A stretch of 64,000 nucleotides of DNA from an uncultured virus (IMG/VR IMGVR_UViG_3300001041_000010) (lineage: Duplodnaviria; Heunggongvirae; Uroviricota; Caudoviricetes): IMG/VR virus record IMGVR_UViG_3300001041_000010; one strand, 5' to 3'. How positions within the stretch are numbered: the first letter of the stretch is position 1; each line of letters opens with the position of its first letter. The position numbers and the translations under genes were made by a program. Of the stretch, positions 9,158 to 20,325 are shown piece by piece. The notes under the pieces were generated by a model. That model had not been told where the DNA came from and searched no databases. It saw only the letters and a list, made by a program, of their open reading frames with translations.

Positions 9158-11467
9158 ATGAACTCTATACAGCAAGCAAGTGTTGATTTGGAGGAGACTC
9201 AACGTAGGATTATTCTAGAGATTCTAAATCAACAATATACCGATGGAATTATTACAACCGAAGAAGATTATCAAAGTCAACTTCAAGAGATGCTTTCTAA
9301 GGTGAGTTCTAATGAGCCCATCATGCAAGTTAGGGAACAAAGTAATCAGTCGAATCCTAATAACTTCAACCTTAACTTTCAGGAGCTAAGTATTGATATG
9401 GCTACAATCTTTAATCAGATCAACCTAGTGGATAATACCGTGACAAAGCATCAGCAATTAAATCAGGGTGTTATTAACGATATCAAACTTAGAATCCATA
9501 AACTCAACGACGAGCTGGATCGGTTAGAACTTCTAAGTCTATACGGAGATAATTCTGGGATTATCTTAGAAGCCTTTAGGGATGCTAATAACTTTGAGAC
9601 GGATCTTCGCTATTACACGTCGGTACCAACCGGAGGGACTGATCCCGTACCATTAGCTTCGGGCTATATCTCAACACTTGATGTTAATAAAGAAGCAATT
9701 AAGTTACCACTGCTTTATTCAGAGAGCGCCCTGATCGGACCGAGTGGTATTAACCTGGGTAAGATTACTATTACTAAGCAATTGGGTTCTGGGTTTATCC
9801 GTGTTACGAATCCTGAGCATAACATTAATAAGGCCATTGACACGAGTTTTGAAACTTTCTGGTCTGAAACAATATTAACAGAGGCACCTCTAGAGGTGCC
9901 TCTGGACTCCAGCTACTTCGGCATTCAATATGGAGCCCTCTGTGAATTCGAAGTTAACTTTGATGCTCTAATGGTAATCAATGAAATTAGTCTAATGCCC
10001 TTTAGTGAATACCCTATGGATATTGTGGCGATTCGGTTTGATACGACCGACAGCAAGGATACTCCAAACTCCATTATTATTAAGCCGACTCATACTGATG
10101 GTACCGTCTATAATACCTCAACAACTGATCCGGTTATCTTTCAGTTTCCGGATACCTTAGTTAAGCGAGTACGCATTCAACTCAACCAACGTCACTATGT
10201 TCGTACAAATTATATTTCAAATAAGCAAGTGGCCGATGAGCTCGACCGGTGGTTTAATCGCAATACTGCCGTCGATCTAAAGACTGATGGTATCTTTAAT
10301 CCCATTTATACGAATCGAATAACAGTCAATCCATCATGGGTTTACTTTGCTGAAGCTATGAAAAATCTAGATATTAAGGGACTTGATAAGTTATTTAATT
10401 CCGTTCAAGTATCTAAATCACTGACCAAATATCAATATTCATATGGTTTATATAATATAGGAATGAATCGCAATGAGTATGTAAATTGCGGATACTATAT
10501 CTCCAAGCCTATGGATGTCCCAGGTAATATTAAGTCCGTAACATTACTCTCTAATGAAGAACACCCGCTGCCTAGCTCATATGATACAGCGATCACTCAT
10601 GTTGAATATTCTGTAAGTCCTGACGATGGTCTTAATTGGTACAATATTGTACCAATGAATCAATCCACGGTTATAGGAGAGCTCTTAGAGGCTGCTATTC
10701 CTAAGGGAGGTAGTCGACGTAAGGCAATGTTGAGGTTTCCAGTTGATGGAGACATTGATATCTATTGTAATGCCGCATCGACAAGACTTCCTAGTTCTGA
10801 CTATAACTTTGATCCGACTACTCGGACAATAACCTTTGTTAAATATGATGTTTCTAAAACCTATACGGTAAACTATAAACCTAAAGACTCACACGAAGTG
10901 GACTTTATTAAACTACATACTGTAATCAATAAAGTAACTAATCTTCCTGAGGTCTATCCTAATACCGTTACGGAGCGCTTTTTAGGTACTGATCGTAATG
11001 GCTTGATTAACCTAAGTTACTATCCCTTTATTGATAAGGTTAAGTTAAACTCTCAAAGTAAAGACTACGACCCAACGTACCTCAGTTACTCCTACGTTCC
11101 ACTGAAGATCAAATTAATTACGGCCGAAGGTAAACATATCGAACAAAAGACTGATCCGTCAGATACTGGTTTAATCTTTATTACGAATAAAACGGATTAC
11201 ATTAATCCTAACACTAGCTTTCTAGATCCTTTAACTGAAGTCGTAGACTCCAACGGTGTTATCACACTGGAGTATCAGTATCAAGTTATTGGCAATACAA
11301 TACAATTCAATACGTCACTTCCTGCTAACACACAAATTATTATAGAGTATCCTTATATTCTCAAAAACTTAAGAACTCGTGCTATACTTAGACGTACCAT
11401 CAATAACTTTCTTGGGCTTACTCCTATTGTCAATTCTATCACTGTCAATTTCAAATCCTTACTTTAG
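9158..11467 (+). CDS. Virion structural (baseplate/tail-like) protein, coiled coil plus discoidin-like beta domain
   Basis: N-terminal coiled coil; KAIDTSFETFW motif; similar to the next three large ORFs. Confidence 0.55.
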   Translation: MNSIQQASVDLEETQRRIILEILNQQYTDGIITTEEDYQSQLQEMLSKVSSNEPIMQVREQSNQSNPNNFNLNFQELSIDMATIFNQINLVDNTVTKHQQLNQGVINDIKLRIHKLNDELDRLELLSLYGDNSGIILEAFRDANNFETDLRYYTSVPTGGTDPVPLASGYISTLDVNKEAIKLPLLYSESALIGPSGINLGKITITKQLGSGFIRVTNPEHNINKAIDTSFETFWSETILTEAPLEVPLDSSYFGIQYGALCEFEVNFDALMVINEISLMPFSEYPMDIVAIRFDTTDSKDTPNSIIIKPTHTDGTVYNTSTTDPVIFQFPDTLVKRVRIQLNQRHYVRTNYISNKQVADELDRWFNRNTAVDLKTDGIFNPIYTNRITVNPSWVYFAEAMKNLDIKGLDKLFNSVQVSKSLTKYQYSYGLYNIGMNRNEYVNCGYYISKPMDVPGNIKSVTLLSNEEHPLPSSYDTAITHVEYSVSPDDGLNWYNIVPMNQSTVIGELLEAAIPKGGSRRKAMLRFPVDGDIDIYCNAASTRLPSSDYNFDPTTRTITFVKYDVSKTYTVNYKPKDSHEVDFIKLHTVINKVTNLPEVYPNTVTERFLGTDRNGLINLSYYPFIDKVKLNSQSKDYDPTYLSYSYVPLKIKLITAEGKHIEQKTDPSDTGLIFITNKTDYINPNTSFLDPLTEVVDSNGVITLEYQYQVIGNTIQFNTSLPANTQIIIEYPYILKNLRTRAILRRTINNFLGLTPIVNSITVNFKSLL

Positions 11468-11478
11468 GAGGAACTAAC

Positions 11479-13221
11479 GTGAACTTAATGCTAATTAAGA
11501 ACAAAACAAGTCTTCTTGAGAATAAGGCAAAGGAGATCTTAAAGAATTTAAAGAATAAGAACTTCTCAACAGAGACCGAGATGTTTAGTTACTTCTTTGC
11601 ATCCCTACAAAACTTCTATGCTAATCTCGGGAAACCCACAATGCAACTTAGGCCGGCAAACGGAGCACCTATGAGCGCAGATTACAATCAATGCTTGCAT
11701 GAGATTTCTGCTGACACTAGTAGTATGCTTACCGAGAGTAATGCCTTAGTTAAAGCGCTGAGCGATCTCTATGAACAGGTTACACTGGATCGGTCGTCTC
11801 TTAACAATCAGCTTAAATCCCTAGAAGATAAATTAAGTATTATTAATCTAAAGCTAAATCAAAAGATCCATGAAGTAAACTTCCGTGATAGTTTTATTAA
11901 TCAGAAGACGTACGATACCGACATGGTGACCGCAACGCCTGCTAAGCTACATATTGGTGTGGGTATCCTAACTCTCAATACGATCGAAGCTAGTGAGATT
12001 ACAAATGCTACGATTCGTATCTTAGATAAATCTAATGGGTATCCAGGAGATACTCATCAAGTGCGGAATTTATCTGGTAAGACGAAGTTCTATGGTGAGG
12101 ATAACTTACACATTAACTTAGCTGAGATACTCGATGGTAACTCTGACACCTGGTTTGAATATGAACTGTTTAATATATCTGATACGGTTAGATCAAGCAT
12201 CTCAAGCTATGGTTTAACTTATAATGAAGGCCAAAGCTGGGCTAAGAATGACTCAACACCTATGACGCTTGCCTTAGAGATAGAACTTCCCATAGCAAAG
12301 ACATTAAACTTCCTAAGTCTTTCGCCTTATCTACCAAGTCAAAAAGGGGTTATTCCTTCTTATATAAAGAGTATTGTCGTCAGTGACGGTAAGGGAATCA
12401 CAAAGGAGCTTGTGAATAACGATCGCTTCAATGAAGATAAGGTTTATATGTTTGGTCAAATGAAGACCAAGAAGATCTTAATTACATTGGAACAATCGAT
12501 TAGCTATTTAACTCAAGTGGGACATTTCTTCTTTAAGGAACTACCGATCGCCTCAATGAATTACCTAGAGAAAGATAAACCTCAAGATGGTAAACGGGTG
12601 GATGGACCAAAGCCTAGTATTACAAATCTAGGTTTCATGTATGATCCATCCACCCGTAACTTAATTCAACCGGAAGTGACAAATGACTATACCGTAGGAA
12701 ATACAAATCAGATCATTAACAATCTATTCACACTCCCTGAAGTTCAAGACATCCAAGTCGGACTTGAGACAGTAGATGCTTGGCGCTATCAAATCGGACT
12801 ACGTGAAACACTAGGTGCTAACTATCGCTTTAATCAAGAGAGTGATTACGTCTCAACAAGTTTTACCTATACGAATCCCATCACAAGTATTCAGCTATTA
12901 GTTAAGGATGAAGTTCCTAAAGAGTTCCCTACAGGGAACTGGATCAATTACTTTATCAGTGTCGATGAGGGTAATAACTGGCATGCCATAGCGCCTAGTA
13001 ATCGTTCAAGTAGTGACGTAACAACATACATTTTAAATGCTAATATGCCAGAGGACGGTCGCATGGATTATAGTGGCTATATCGATACAAAAGATCCAGT
13101 GACAAGTGTTCGTTTAAAGATTAGTCTATCAAGGCCTACAGACATTATTGATGCAGATTATTACAGTCCAATTGTCTATAATTATGAGCTTAAATGTACA
13201 GTTGAAAGCGGTGTTAACTAA
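11479..13221 (+). CDS. Virion structural (baseplate/tail-like) protein
   Basis: SADYN coiled coil; ILDGNSDTWF motif; SP.V..Y.L C-terminus. Confidence 0.55.
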   Translation: MNLMLIKNKTSLLENKAKEILKNLKNKNFSTETEMFSYFFASLQNFYANLGKPTMQLRPANGAPMSADYNQCLHEISADTSSMLTESNALVKALSDLYEQVTLDRSSLNNQLKSLEDKLSIINLKLNQKIHEVNFRDSFINQKTYDTDMVTATPAKLHIGVGILTLNTIEASEITNATIRILDKSNGYPGDTHQVRNLSGKTKFYGEDNLHINLAEILDGNSDTWFEYELFNISDTVRSSISSYGLTYNEGQSWAKNDSTPMTLALEIELPIAKTLNFLSLSPYLPSQKGVIPSYIKSIVVSDGKGITKELVNNDRFNEDKVYMFGQMKTKKILITLEQSISYLTQVGHFFFKELPIASMNYLEKDKPQDGKRVDGPKPSITNLGFMYDPSTRNLIQPEVTNDYTVGNTNQIINNLFTLPEVQDIQVGLETVDAWRYQIGLRETLGANYRFNQESDYVSTSFTYTNPITSIQLLVKDEVPKEFPTGNWINYFISVDEGNNWHAIAPSNRSSSDVTTYILNANMPEDGRMDYSGYIDTKDPVTSVRLKISLSRPTDIIDADYYSPIVYNYELKCTVESGVN

Positions 13222-15212
13222 TGAGTATACGTGATCGACAACTAATCCGTGCTAGTAATAGGGCCTTAAGCTCTGAGTTATTAGCCGGTCGGTTCCCGGA
13301 TCTTACAACGATTCAAGACAGTGTTTTCAATGAGATCCGTAATCGTCCTATAGGGTTACCTAGATTTGAATTACAGGCTGTTGCCGAAGGAGACATCAGC
13401 TCATCACTAAGTTATAACACGATGATGAATCAGATCTTTGAAGACCTAAATACTATGTTTGATGAGTCCGGTTATCAAACGGATCGTCTCATGGCGGTGG
13501 TTAATTACTATGAGACAGAGAAAGCTCTGATTCAAATGCAGTTGAAGCGCTTAAATAATCGTATGGATGGACTTATTGATAAGCTTAGTCATAATGTACG
13601 GTCTAATGTTATCTTCGATACCTTCCAGGATTTCCAGAACGTTGAGTTTATTGGCAGAGCTCAAGTCAACCGACCCAATACTGATGCCTTTATTGATTTA
13701 CTTAAAGGAGAAGCTGTCTTAAATAAGATTAGTAATGGAGACCGGATTGATTTAAGTAAGGCAGAGATCAGTGTAACTCCAATAACATCCTACGTAACAA
13801 ATACTGAGTTAAGTAAACCTAATCTCATGTTAACAGATATTATTAATGAGACGTGGCGTCAGCTTATAGTAACTGACAATGACTTACCGGTAACGCTGCA
13901 AATTGATATAGCTTTAGATAGTGAAGTATCCATCACGAGTTTTAGCTTTGAAAGCAACAGCCCCAAATCAACGGACATCACCTTGTCTATTTCTTCGGAT
14001 GGTATAATCTATCAACCATATAATAAACAGTCCGGAGGATTCGTGCAGTGGAGTTTTAACACAGTGAGCGCTAAGGCCTTAAGACTCACTCTGACTAAAT
14101 ATGAAGCAGATGAAACGACAGGCACTAATAACAACTATCTATTCGGATGCAAATCTTTAGCGATCTATAAGGAAGCTTATAAGGAACGTGGCATTGTAGT
14201 TAGTCGTCAATACTACATAGGCAACGAGGCTATTGATCGTATTACATTACAAGTCGATTCTAGTTTACCATCCAATACCGACATTCGTTATTATATTGCC
14301 ATCGACAATGATGACCTCTTTGAATGGCAGGAGATTCAACCTAATGTACCTCATGATATGGGCGGGATGAAATCAACTACCTTTGGTATTGATAGCTTCT
14401 ATAAAGGCTATGGATCAAAGGTAAATAGTCAGTATGGTAATGACTATTATAATATTGCCGATATTCCTTATGCTATTATGCCTGGATCCGCCCTTCTTTA
14501 CATGGGCGAAAACATGTGGCAGCACGATCTTTACAATTCACCCATCAGTGTGCTGGATAATCCAAGTTTAAAGGACTGGATTAAGATGAGCGGATATACT
14601 ACGAATTATATTCCTCTTAATGCACCTATGAAGATCTTAAAGAACTGTAAGCAGCGCTTTACGGTAAACCTCTATTGCGAAACGGCAAACATTATTGATC
14701 ATAATGTGATTCAAGTAACCGAAGGATTATCTAGTAACGTGAAGTTTAATGTCTATTTAAATAACAATCTTATTAAAGCCGTGGGAGATTACTATACGTA
14801 TTACTTGAGGGCGGGCTGGAATAAGATTCAGATTATTACAAGTGCCATTGACGATACTACAATCGATAAGGGATTTAATCTAACGTATGTATCGAATAAG
14901 GTCTATGCTAGTAATGACCCATTACGTGAGACTAGTCTTTATAACCTACTAAATAATACAAGCAAACGAGATCATACGAACTTTGCCATTGATACTGCCG
15001 AGGTAGCTGGTAAGACTATAAGCAGTATCATTGTTAATTACGACCCTAGAGCAATCGACTCTACCGGTGCAGGAGTCATGTATAACTTAACCTATAAACG
15101 CCCTGTATTACAGGATCAAAATGCTTTGCGATTTATGGCAATTTTAAGTCGAGACCCTAGCTTTAAAGACATATCTCCAAGTCTACGTAGTTATCAAATC
15201 ATTGTAGAGTAA
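13221..15212 (+). CDS. Virion structural (baseplate/tail-like) protein
   Basis: SSLSYN coiled coil; LTDIINETW motif; SPSLRSYQI C-terminus; TAATG coupling. Confidence 0.55.
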   Translation: MSIRDRQLIRASNRALSSELLAGRFPDLTTIQDSVFNEIRNRPIGLPRFELQAVAEGDISSSLSYNTMMNQIFEDLNTMFDESGYQTDRLMAVVNYYETEKALIQMQLKRLNNRMDGLIDKLSHNVRSNVIFDTFQDFQNVEFIGRAQVNRPNTDAFIDLLKGEAVLNKISNGDRIDLSKAEISVTPITSYVTNTELSKPNLMLTDIINETWRQLIVTDNDLPVTLQIDIALDSEVSITSFSFESNSPKSTDITLSISSDGIIYQPYNKQSGGFVQWSFNTVSAKALRLTLTKYEADETTGTNNNYLFGCKSLAIYKEAYKERGIVVSRQYYIGNEAIDRITLQVDSSLPSNTDIRYYIAIDNDDLFEWQEIQPNVPHDMGGMKSTTFGIDSFYKGYGSKVNSQYGNDYYNIADIPYAIMPGSALLYMGENMWQHDLYNSPISVLDNPSLKDWIKMSGYTTNYIPLNAPMKILKNCKQRFTVNLYCETANIIDHNVIQVTEGLSSNVKFNVYLNNNLIKAVGDYYTYYLRAGWNKIQIITSAIDDTTIDKGFNLTYVSNKVYASNDPLRETSLYNLLNNTSKRDHTNFAIDTAEVAGKTISSIIVNYDPRAIDSTGAGVMYNLTYKRPVLQDQNALRFMAILSRDPSFKDISPSLRSYQIIVE

Positions 15213-15215
15213 GGA

Positions 15216-15464
15216 GTGATTATCATAAATATCTATCCATCCATGGTAAGAACCAATATGCGTCGTCGCGGACCTATAGAGTCTCAGAAACTAAATCGCA
15301 ATAACCAGGATTTAGTTTACAACATAACCTATCTATGTGAACAGTTAAATTTACTAAAGGCGAATCTTAACAGTTTAGAAGCTTCAATTTATGATCGTAG
15401 TAACCTTATAAGTTCTAAACTTAAGATAATTAAGACGATAGGAGGTGAATTAATGAATGTCTAA
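15216..15464 (+). CDS. Small coiled-coil structural protein
   Basis: RGPIESQKLN resembles the RSPTSSEAYN N-terminus of the next ORF. Confidence 0.5.
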   Translation: MIIINIYPSMVRTNMRRRGPIESQKLNRNNQDLVYNITYLCEQLNLLKANLNSLEASIYDRSNLISSKLKIIKTIGGELMNV

Positions 15465-16638
15465 TATACCTGCTTTAACAAAACAGCAAGTTGCCTTTAG
15501 GAGTCCAACAAGCAGCGAAGCTTATAATAAGCAGCTCGATGATTCCTTCTTTGATGTTGTTAATCTCTATAACAATCTAAATACCTATACGAATCAATTA
15601 AATACCCTAAGGGATATCTACACGATCCAAAGTCAGTTTCAAGATATGCGTATTAAAGATCTCGAAGACAAGACAAGGATCCTGCAAGATAAGATCGATC
15701 TATTAAATGGACTTAATAGCTCCATTACAAGTCGTGCCTTTGTGGAAGACTTAACTGTTGATTCCATTGCGGAAGCCTCCGAGCGAGCTGAGATCGATAT
15801 GTTTCATAGGGTTGTTACACTACCAATCGTTCGTAGAACATCAAAGGTTTACCTATACGATGAAGACTATGATCAGATTATTATCCCTTCAACGTTAGGT
15901 GTTACACTGAATCCGGCCGCCAGTGACGGCTTTATTGTTGATACGGATCTGTTAAATGCCTTTGATGGTATTAACTCAAATTATTGGATGCGTAAGGTCT
16001 TAATCTCTCCAAACGATACAACCTCGAAGGCTACTGTCCAAGTAGAGATTACCTTACCAGACAATATCATTTCTAATCGTGACGTAAATACGATTATCAT
16101 TCATCCATTTCCACTAAACTCACTTGATATCACGGAAGTTAAATACAAACTTGACGGTGGATGGATAACAGTCCCTGGATTTGAACCTATTATTAAGGCA
16201 GGTAATATTGAACTATGCTTTGCTTCTTTAAAGATTGCGAAGGTTCGAGTAACAATGGTTCAAAATACCGCTCATAGTGAAAACGGTAAAAAGGTATTCT
16301 ATCTAGGTGCCGAAGAGATTGGGATCTATCATACAGAGTATGGTGTCAAGGGAAGCTTTAGGGCATCGTTTAATTTAGATGGCAAGGAAGGATTAAAGAC
16401 CATCACGGAGATCAAACCTATCTTCTCTAATACGAAGGCTTTAAATGCCAACCTTGATATGCGTAACTTGTTTACCTACAACCTCTATACCGTAAGTAAT
16501 GGAGAGTTTCAATATACTAAGGACTCACTACCTATTCCAACGACTGAAACTAAAGTCGTTCTTGATGGTATGATCTTACTTGATCCAAATAATCAAGCAA
16601 CGCCTGCACTAGAAAGTGTAGAACTGGTCTATAAGTAG
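15457..16638 (+). CDS. Virion structural (baseplate/tail-like) protein
   Basis: SSEAYN coiled coil; NAFDGINSNYW motif; TPALESVEL end. Confidence 0.55.
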   Translation: MSNIPALTKQQVAFRSPTSSEAYNKQLDDSFFDVVNLYNNLNTYTNQLNTLRDIYTIQSQFQDMRIKDLEDKTRILQDKIDLLNGLNSSITSRAFVEDLTVDSIAEASERAEIDMFHRVVTLPIVRRTSKVYLYDEDYDQIIIPSTLGVTLNPAASDGFIVDTDLLNAFDGINSNYWMRKVLISPNDTTSKATVQVEITLPDNIISNRDVNTIIIHPFPLNSLDITEVKYKLDGGWITVPGFEPIIKAGNIELCFASLKIAKVRVTMVQNTAHSENGKKVFYLGAEEIGIYHTEYGVKGSFRASFNLDGKEGLKTITEIKPIFSNTKALNANLDMRNLFTYNLYTVSNGEFQYTKDSLPIPTTETKVVLDGMILLDPNNQATPALESVELVYK

Positions 16639-16680
16639 ACCACTCTATCCGGTTCTCTCCGGATTAGGGAGGGAAGGCTT

Positions 16681-17181
16681 GTGCAAATACTAACCTTTAT
16701 TCAAACGTATATCGTTGGAACATTCAATGCGATCATGTGTCCACTTATCATTATTTTCTCTATTAACATGATTGTTAATGTCATCGAATCCGTTGATAAA
16801 CTTAAGGCCTTACAAACGGATCTTAAGAAACTACTTGCGTATATTATCTTTATCGTCTTGGCAAATCAATTAGATAGTCTTATGATTAACCATCTCCTTG
16901 GCTGGAAGGGTTCGACTCAATTCTCGATCTCAATTATTCTCTTTGGTCGTGAATTTGGATCGATACTTAAAGCGGTTAACTATCTAGGTGTTGAAGTTCC
17001 ATACATCTTAACGAAGCGCTCTGGCGACATGATGGATTTCAACGGTAGTACTAGTAATAAGTCTGACGATATTGACGATCAAATCGTCCAGCTTAGAAGT
17101 AAGATTAGCAAGCTGAAGAAGCTTCAAAAGCTGCAAGAAGAACTTACTGCAGTAGAAACCTCAGAGGGGGTTGTCGAATGA
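16681..17181 (+). CDS. Phage holin (holin_4-like) with coiled-coil tail
   Basis: TM segments; KKLLAYIIFIVLANQLD...E.GSIL....LGV.VP motif. Confidence 0.7.
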   Translation: MQILTFIQTYIVGTFNAIMCPLIIIFSINMIVNVIESVDKLKALQTDLKKLLAYIIFIVLANQLDSLMINHLLGWKGSTQFSISIILFGREFGSILKAVNYLGVEVPYILTKRSGDMMDFNGSTSNKSDDIDDQIVQLRSKISKLKKLQKLQEELTAVETSEGVVE

Positions 17182-17861
17182 TTCTAATATTAATGCCTAT
17201 TGAATTTGTTGTTGGTGCGATTATAGGGTTCTTCCTTTGTGACAAACAGGAAGGACTCTCAATCGATGAAATTAAACTCGGAAGCATTGTTTTTCTTATT
17301 GCCAATGCCTTTGTCTATTATCAAAACCCCGAGATGCCGGGGCTCACAATCGTTCATTTAATTGTGAGTTGGATTATGCTGAGTATTGGATTAATTGTTG
17401 GCGAAGGTTTCCGGCTTAAGATTATCCGTAATGTTATTCAAACCATTCATAAGAAGGATGTTCAATTATCGATCGCTAATTTCATTCAAGCTATAACACG
17501 GGTTACTTACTGTAATATAAACAGGGACAATAGGGATCTCGCAGATGCTAGTGCTAAACTTGATATCGTTTATACTCAACTTGATAAGCTTATCGATAAA
17601 GCTAGGAAGCTTAATGATCAAGGACTCACGGATAAGTTTAGTTCTATTAAAAGCCTCTGCTCCTATTATGCTGATTACTCAAAGTATGTTTGTTCTGAAC
17701 CAGATAGTCTTAAACGTAGCGAGATGATGCATAACTGGGTTTCTATCGGAGAAGAGTTATCAAACTTAAGTTGGGATACATTAAATCATGCAGAGGAAAA
17801 CATAAAGATACACCTTCAACGTAGCTTTAGTTCTAACATACTAGCGGTTAAGGTTAAGTAA
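17178..17861 (+). CDS. Membrane protein (3 N-terminal TM helices)
   Basis: Hydrophobic N-terminal ~80 aa; overlaps holin stop. Confidence 0.55.
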   Translation: MILILMPIEFVVGAIIGFFLCDKQEGLSIDEIKLGSIVFLIANAFVYYQNPEMPGLTIVHLIVSWIMLSIGLIVGEGFRLKIIRNVIQTIHKKDVQLSIANFIQAITRVTYCNINRDNRDLADASAKLDIVYTQLDKLIDKARKLNDQGLTDKFSSIKSLCSYYADYSKYVCSEPDSLKRSEMMHNWVSIGEELSNLSWDTLNHAEENIKIHLQRSFSSNILAVKVK

Positions 17862-17865
17862 TCCA

Positions 17866-17900
17866 TAGCAGGCCAACACTGGCCTGCTAACTTTATTTTT
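17866..17900 (+). terminator. Intrinsic terminator ending the structural/holin block
   Basis: tagcaggcca-acac-tggcctgcta followed by ctttattttt. Confidence 0.8.
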
Positions 17901-17919
17901 CATAGGTGTTACAAATTGG

Positions 17920-17948
17920 TTGACTTAGTGTAACACAAAGTGTATAAT
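17920..17948 (+). promoter_or_regulatory. sigA-type promoter overlapped by an inverted repeat
   Basis: TTGACT-N17-TATAAT; gtgttaca (17906-13) / tgtaacac (17929-36). Confidence 0.8.
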
Positions 17949-17982
17949 AAGGTATAGTCAATCAATCGAGAGGGGAACACAC

Positions 17983-18642
17983 ATGAGCGAAGTCGTTAAT
18001 ATCATGAACATGCCACTGGAACCAAACGCTATTAAGAACCTTGAGGCTAAGATTAATGATGATCTTATCAAAAACAACAAGTACGGCAAAGGTAAAAAAG
18101 ACTACTTGGATATTGGAGTCTTTAAGCGGTTAATGAATACGATCTTCGGTTACAAATGGTCTTGGGAAGTTATTAAACATGAGATCGTTGATGCGAAGTT
18201 TGTCTATGTTATGGGTCGCCTTAGCGTACCGGGCATCGGTATCAAAGAAGCCTTTGGAGCTGCTAAGCTTGATCAAACAGATAACTCCCAGCAAATTAGT
18301 GTTGCTAATTCAAATGCCTTTAAGGCAGCCTGTAAACTACTTGGTGTTGGACAGTCCCTACTTGACGATGGTTTCGAAGATGAGCTCTTTGAAGAAGATG
18401 ATACGCCTCCACCGGCTAAGGCCAAGACTAAAACCAAAGCTACGTTTACTGAAAAACAAATCAAAGCTATGATTACGCTGAAGGAAGCTTACAGCATCAC
18501 AGATAATTCAGAACTTCTCAAGTTCTTAAAGGTCTGGAATAAATCCTTCACGAGCATGAACCAACTCAATGGAGATAATGTCGATGCATTCCTTGAATAC
18601 GTCGAAGAAAACCCAGAGGATTTTGAGGACTTGAAGGGATAG
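17983..18642 (+). CDS. Rad52/Rad22 (Sak-like) single-strand annealing protein
   Basis: DYLD..VF.RLMNTIFG.KWSWEV...EAFG...A.SNAFKAAC.LLGVG. Confidence 0.7.
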   Translation: MSEVVNIMNMPLEPNAIKNLEAKINDDLIKNNKYGKGKKDYLDIGVFKRLMNTIFGYKWSWEVIKHEIVDAKFVYVMGRLSVPGIGIKEAFGAAKLDQTDNSQQISVANSNAFKAACKLLGVGQSLLDDGFEDELFEEDDTPPPAKAKTKTKATFTEKQIKAMITLKEAYSITDNSELLKFLKVWNKSFTSMNQLNGDNVDAFLEYVEENPEDFEDLKG

Positions 18643-18649
18643 AAGTGAG

Positions 18650-19336
18650 ATGGCAAAAAGCATCTACGATCTGGCAGTTGATTATATCGAACTTTATATC
18701 ATGCCTAAAGAAATCAACAATCGGATTAAGAATCAAATCCTAAGGGACTTAAAAGAAACATTGGCTCGTGGTTATACGGATACAGAAATCTTAGATATTC
18801 TAAATGATTACGTTGAAGATAACCCGAGCCATATTCCGTTGATACCGAACTTATTTAACGGTAAGCCAAAGCAACGAAATCTATTAAGCCCTGATAAGTT
18901 CTACTATCATCCACAGCTTAGAGTGATGCCCGGAGTTCCAAAGAAGCATTGGGATCAAGACACTGGAGAGATCACGACGATCGAGGAGTACTACTTCTTA
19001 GAACTTAGAGCGAGCTACACCTTATTGGATCTTTACAAATACTATCTCAGACAAATGGGATTAACGGATTCAGAGTATGCCAGAGCAAGAATGCTTGGTG
19101 GTCTTAAGTGGCTCCTTAAGCAGCACAGTGTCGATTTAGTTCTCTTCATGATCGATATCGGTGGCAACCTCAAGGACGAGGAAACGGATAAGGGATACTT
19201 TGAACCGGTCGAGCTTAACAACTATGATCGTGAAGCGTTAGAGAATATGGGAGCTAAGATTACTGAAGAGCGAGGAGCTGGTAATGATCATGTCGTGCCT
19301 CGAAAGCGAGTGTTATCTAATCGAAGCAGGAGTTAA
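18650..19336 (+). CDS. Hypothetical protein in replication cluster
   Basis: 228-aa ORF directly upstream of and overlapping the primase gene. Confidence 0.55.
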   Translation: MAKSIYDLAVDYIELYIMPKEINNRIKNQILRDLKETLARGYTDTEILDILNDYVEDNPSHIPLIPNLFNGKPKQRNLLSPDKFYYHPQLRVMPGVPKKHWDQDTGEITTIEEYYFLELRASYTLLDLYKYYLRQMGLTDSEYARARMLGGLKWLLKQHSVDLVLFMIDIGGNLKDEETDKGYFEPVELNNYDREALENMGAKITEERGAGNDHVVPRKRVLSNRSRS

Positions 19337-20324
19337 CTTAGGGCCAAAGAAGTTTCGACGCAACATGATCATTCCTGCTACGGGTATTAAAGAATTTAGG
19401 AACAAGCATAACAATACGGGCGTCTACATAACGGCTTACTGCTACAACGACGCCAACCAAGATGAAGCTTACTTATACGGAAATCTCTACTTAGATTTTG
19501 ATTTAGCTGACCTTGTCAATTCTGACAACCCTGAAATGGATTTTGATATTGTTAGGGAAGATGCCCTACATGCCTTAGTCGTACTAAGTGCCATTTATAA
19601 CATACCAGAAGAACAGGTACGAATCTTCTTCTCGGGTAAGAAAGGTTTACACCTTATTGTACCTGCTAAGACATTAGGCCTTAGACCGGATAAGGAACTC
19701 AACGAGATCTTTCGACTTATGGCACTTGATATTAAGAAATCCAGCAAACATAAGACACTTGATACATGCATCTATGATCGCAAGCGACTCTTCAGAGTCC
19801 CAGGATCGATTCATCAAGACACGGGATTATACAAAGTACCACTTACATATCATGAGCTTACAAATCTAAGCTTTGCTTCAATTAGATCCATCGCTAAAGA
19901 AGCGCGAGTTATAGATTTTGCAAAACCTATGTATAATCCAAAGGCTTATCGAATCGTTCAGGACTTTTACAGACAATGGGAAGAAGAGAAGAAGACTAAC
20001 AAGATGTCCAAGTCTAAAGGCAATGGTACTCTTAACTACACGCCTCCCTGTATTAAATACTTACTTAACAATCCAACGAATGAAGGACAGCGTAATAACG
20101 CGACGGCTTACATTGTCTCTCACTTCAAACAACGAGGATATAGTGAAGATAAAGCCTACGAATTAATTGACCAATGGAATGAAGCATATTGTAGTCCTAT
20201 GCTTAAACGACAAGAGGTCGTTAGTACCGTTCATAGTATCTATCGTGGAGAGTATTCCTATGGATGCAGAACACTCAAGGACTTAGGAAACTGCAATGAA
20301 CATGAGTGTAAACTAAAGAAGTAG
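19284..20324 (+). CDS. Archaeo-eukaryotic primase (AEP) with PriCT-like C-terminal domain
   Basis: YLDFD, FSGKKGLH, D..IYDRKRLFRVPGS, PPCI, EGQRNN, C-terminal Cys cluster. Confidence 0.8.
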   Translation: MIMSCLESECYLIEAGVNLGPKKFRRNMIIPATGIKEFRNKHNNTGVYITAYCYNDANQDEAYLYGNLYLDFDLADLVNSDNPEMDFDIVREDALHALVVLSAIYNIPEEQVRIFFSGKKGLHLIVPAKTLGLRPDKELNEIFRLMALDIKKSSKHKTLDTCIYDRKRLFRVPGSIHQDTGLYKVPLTYHELTNLSFASIRSIAKEARVIDFAKPMYNPKAYRIVQDFYRQWEEEKKTNKMSKSKGNGTLNYTPPCIKYLLNNPTNEGQRNNATAYIVSHFKQRGYSEDKAYELIDQWNEAYCSPMLKRQEVVSTVHSIYRGEYSYGCRTLKDLGNCNEHECKLKK

Positions 20325-20325
20325 G

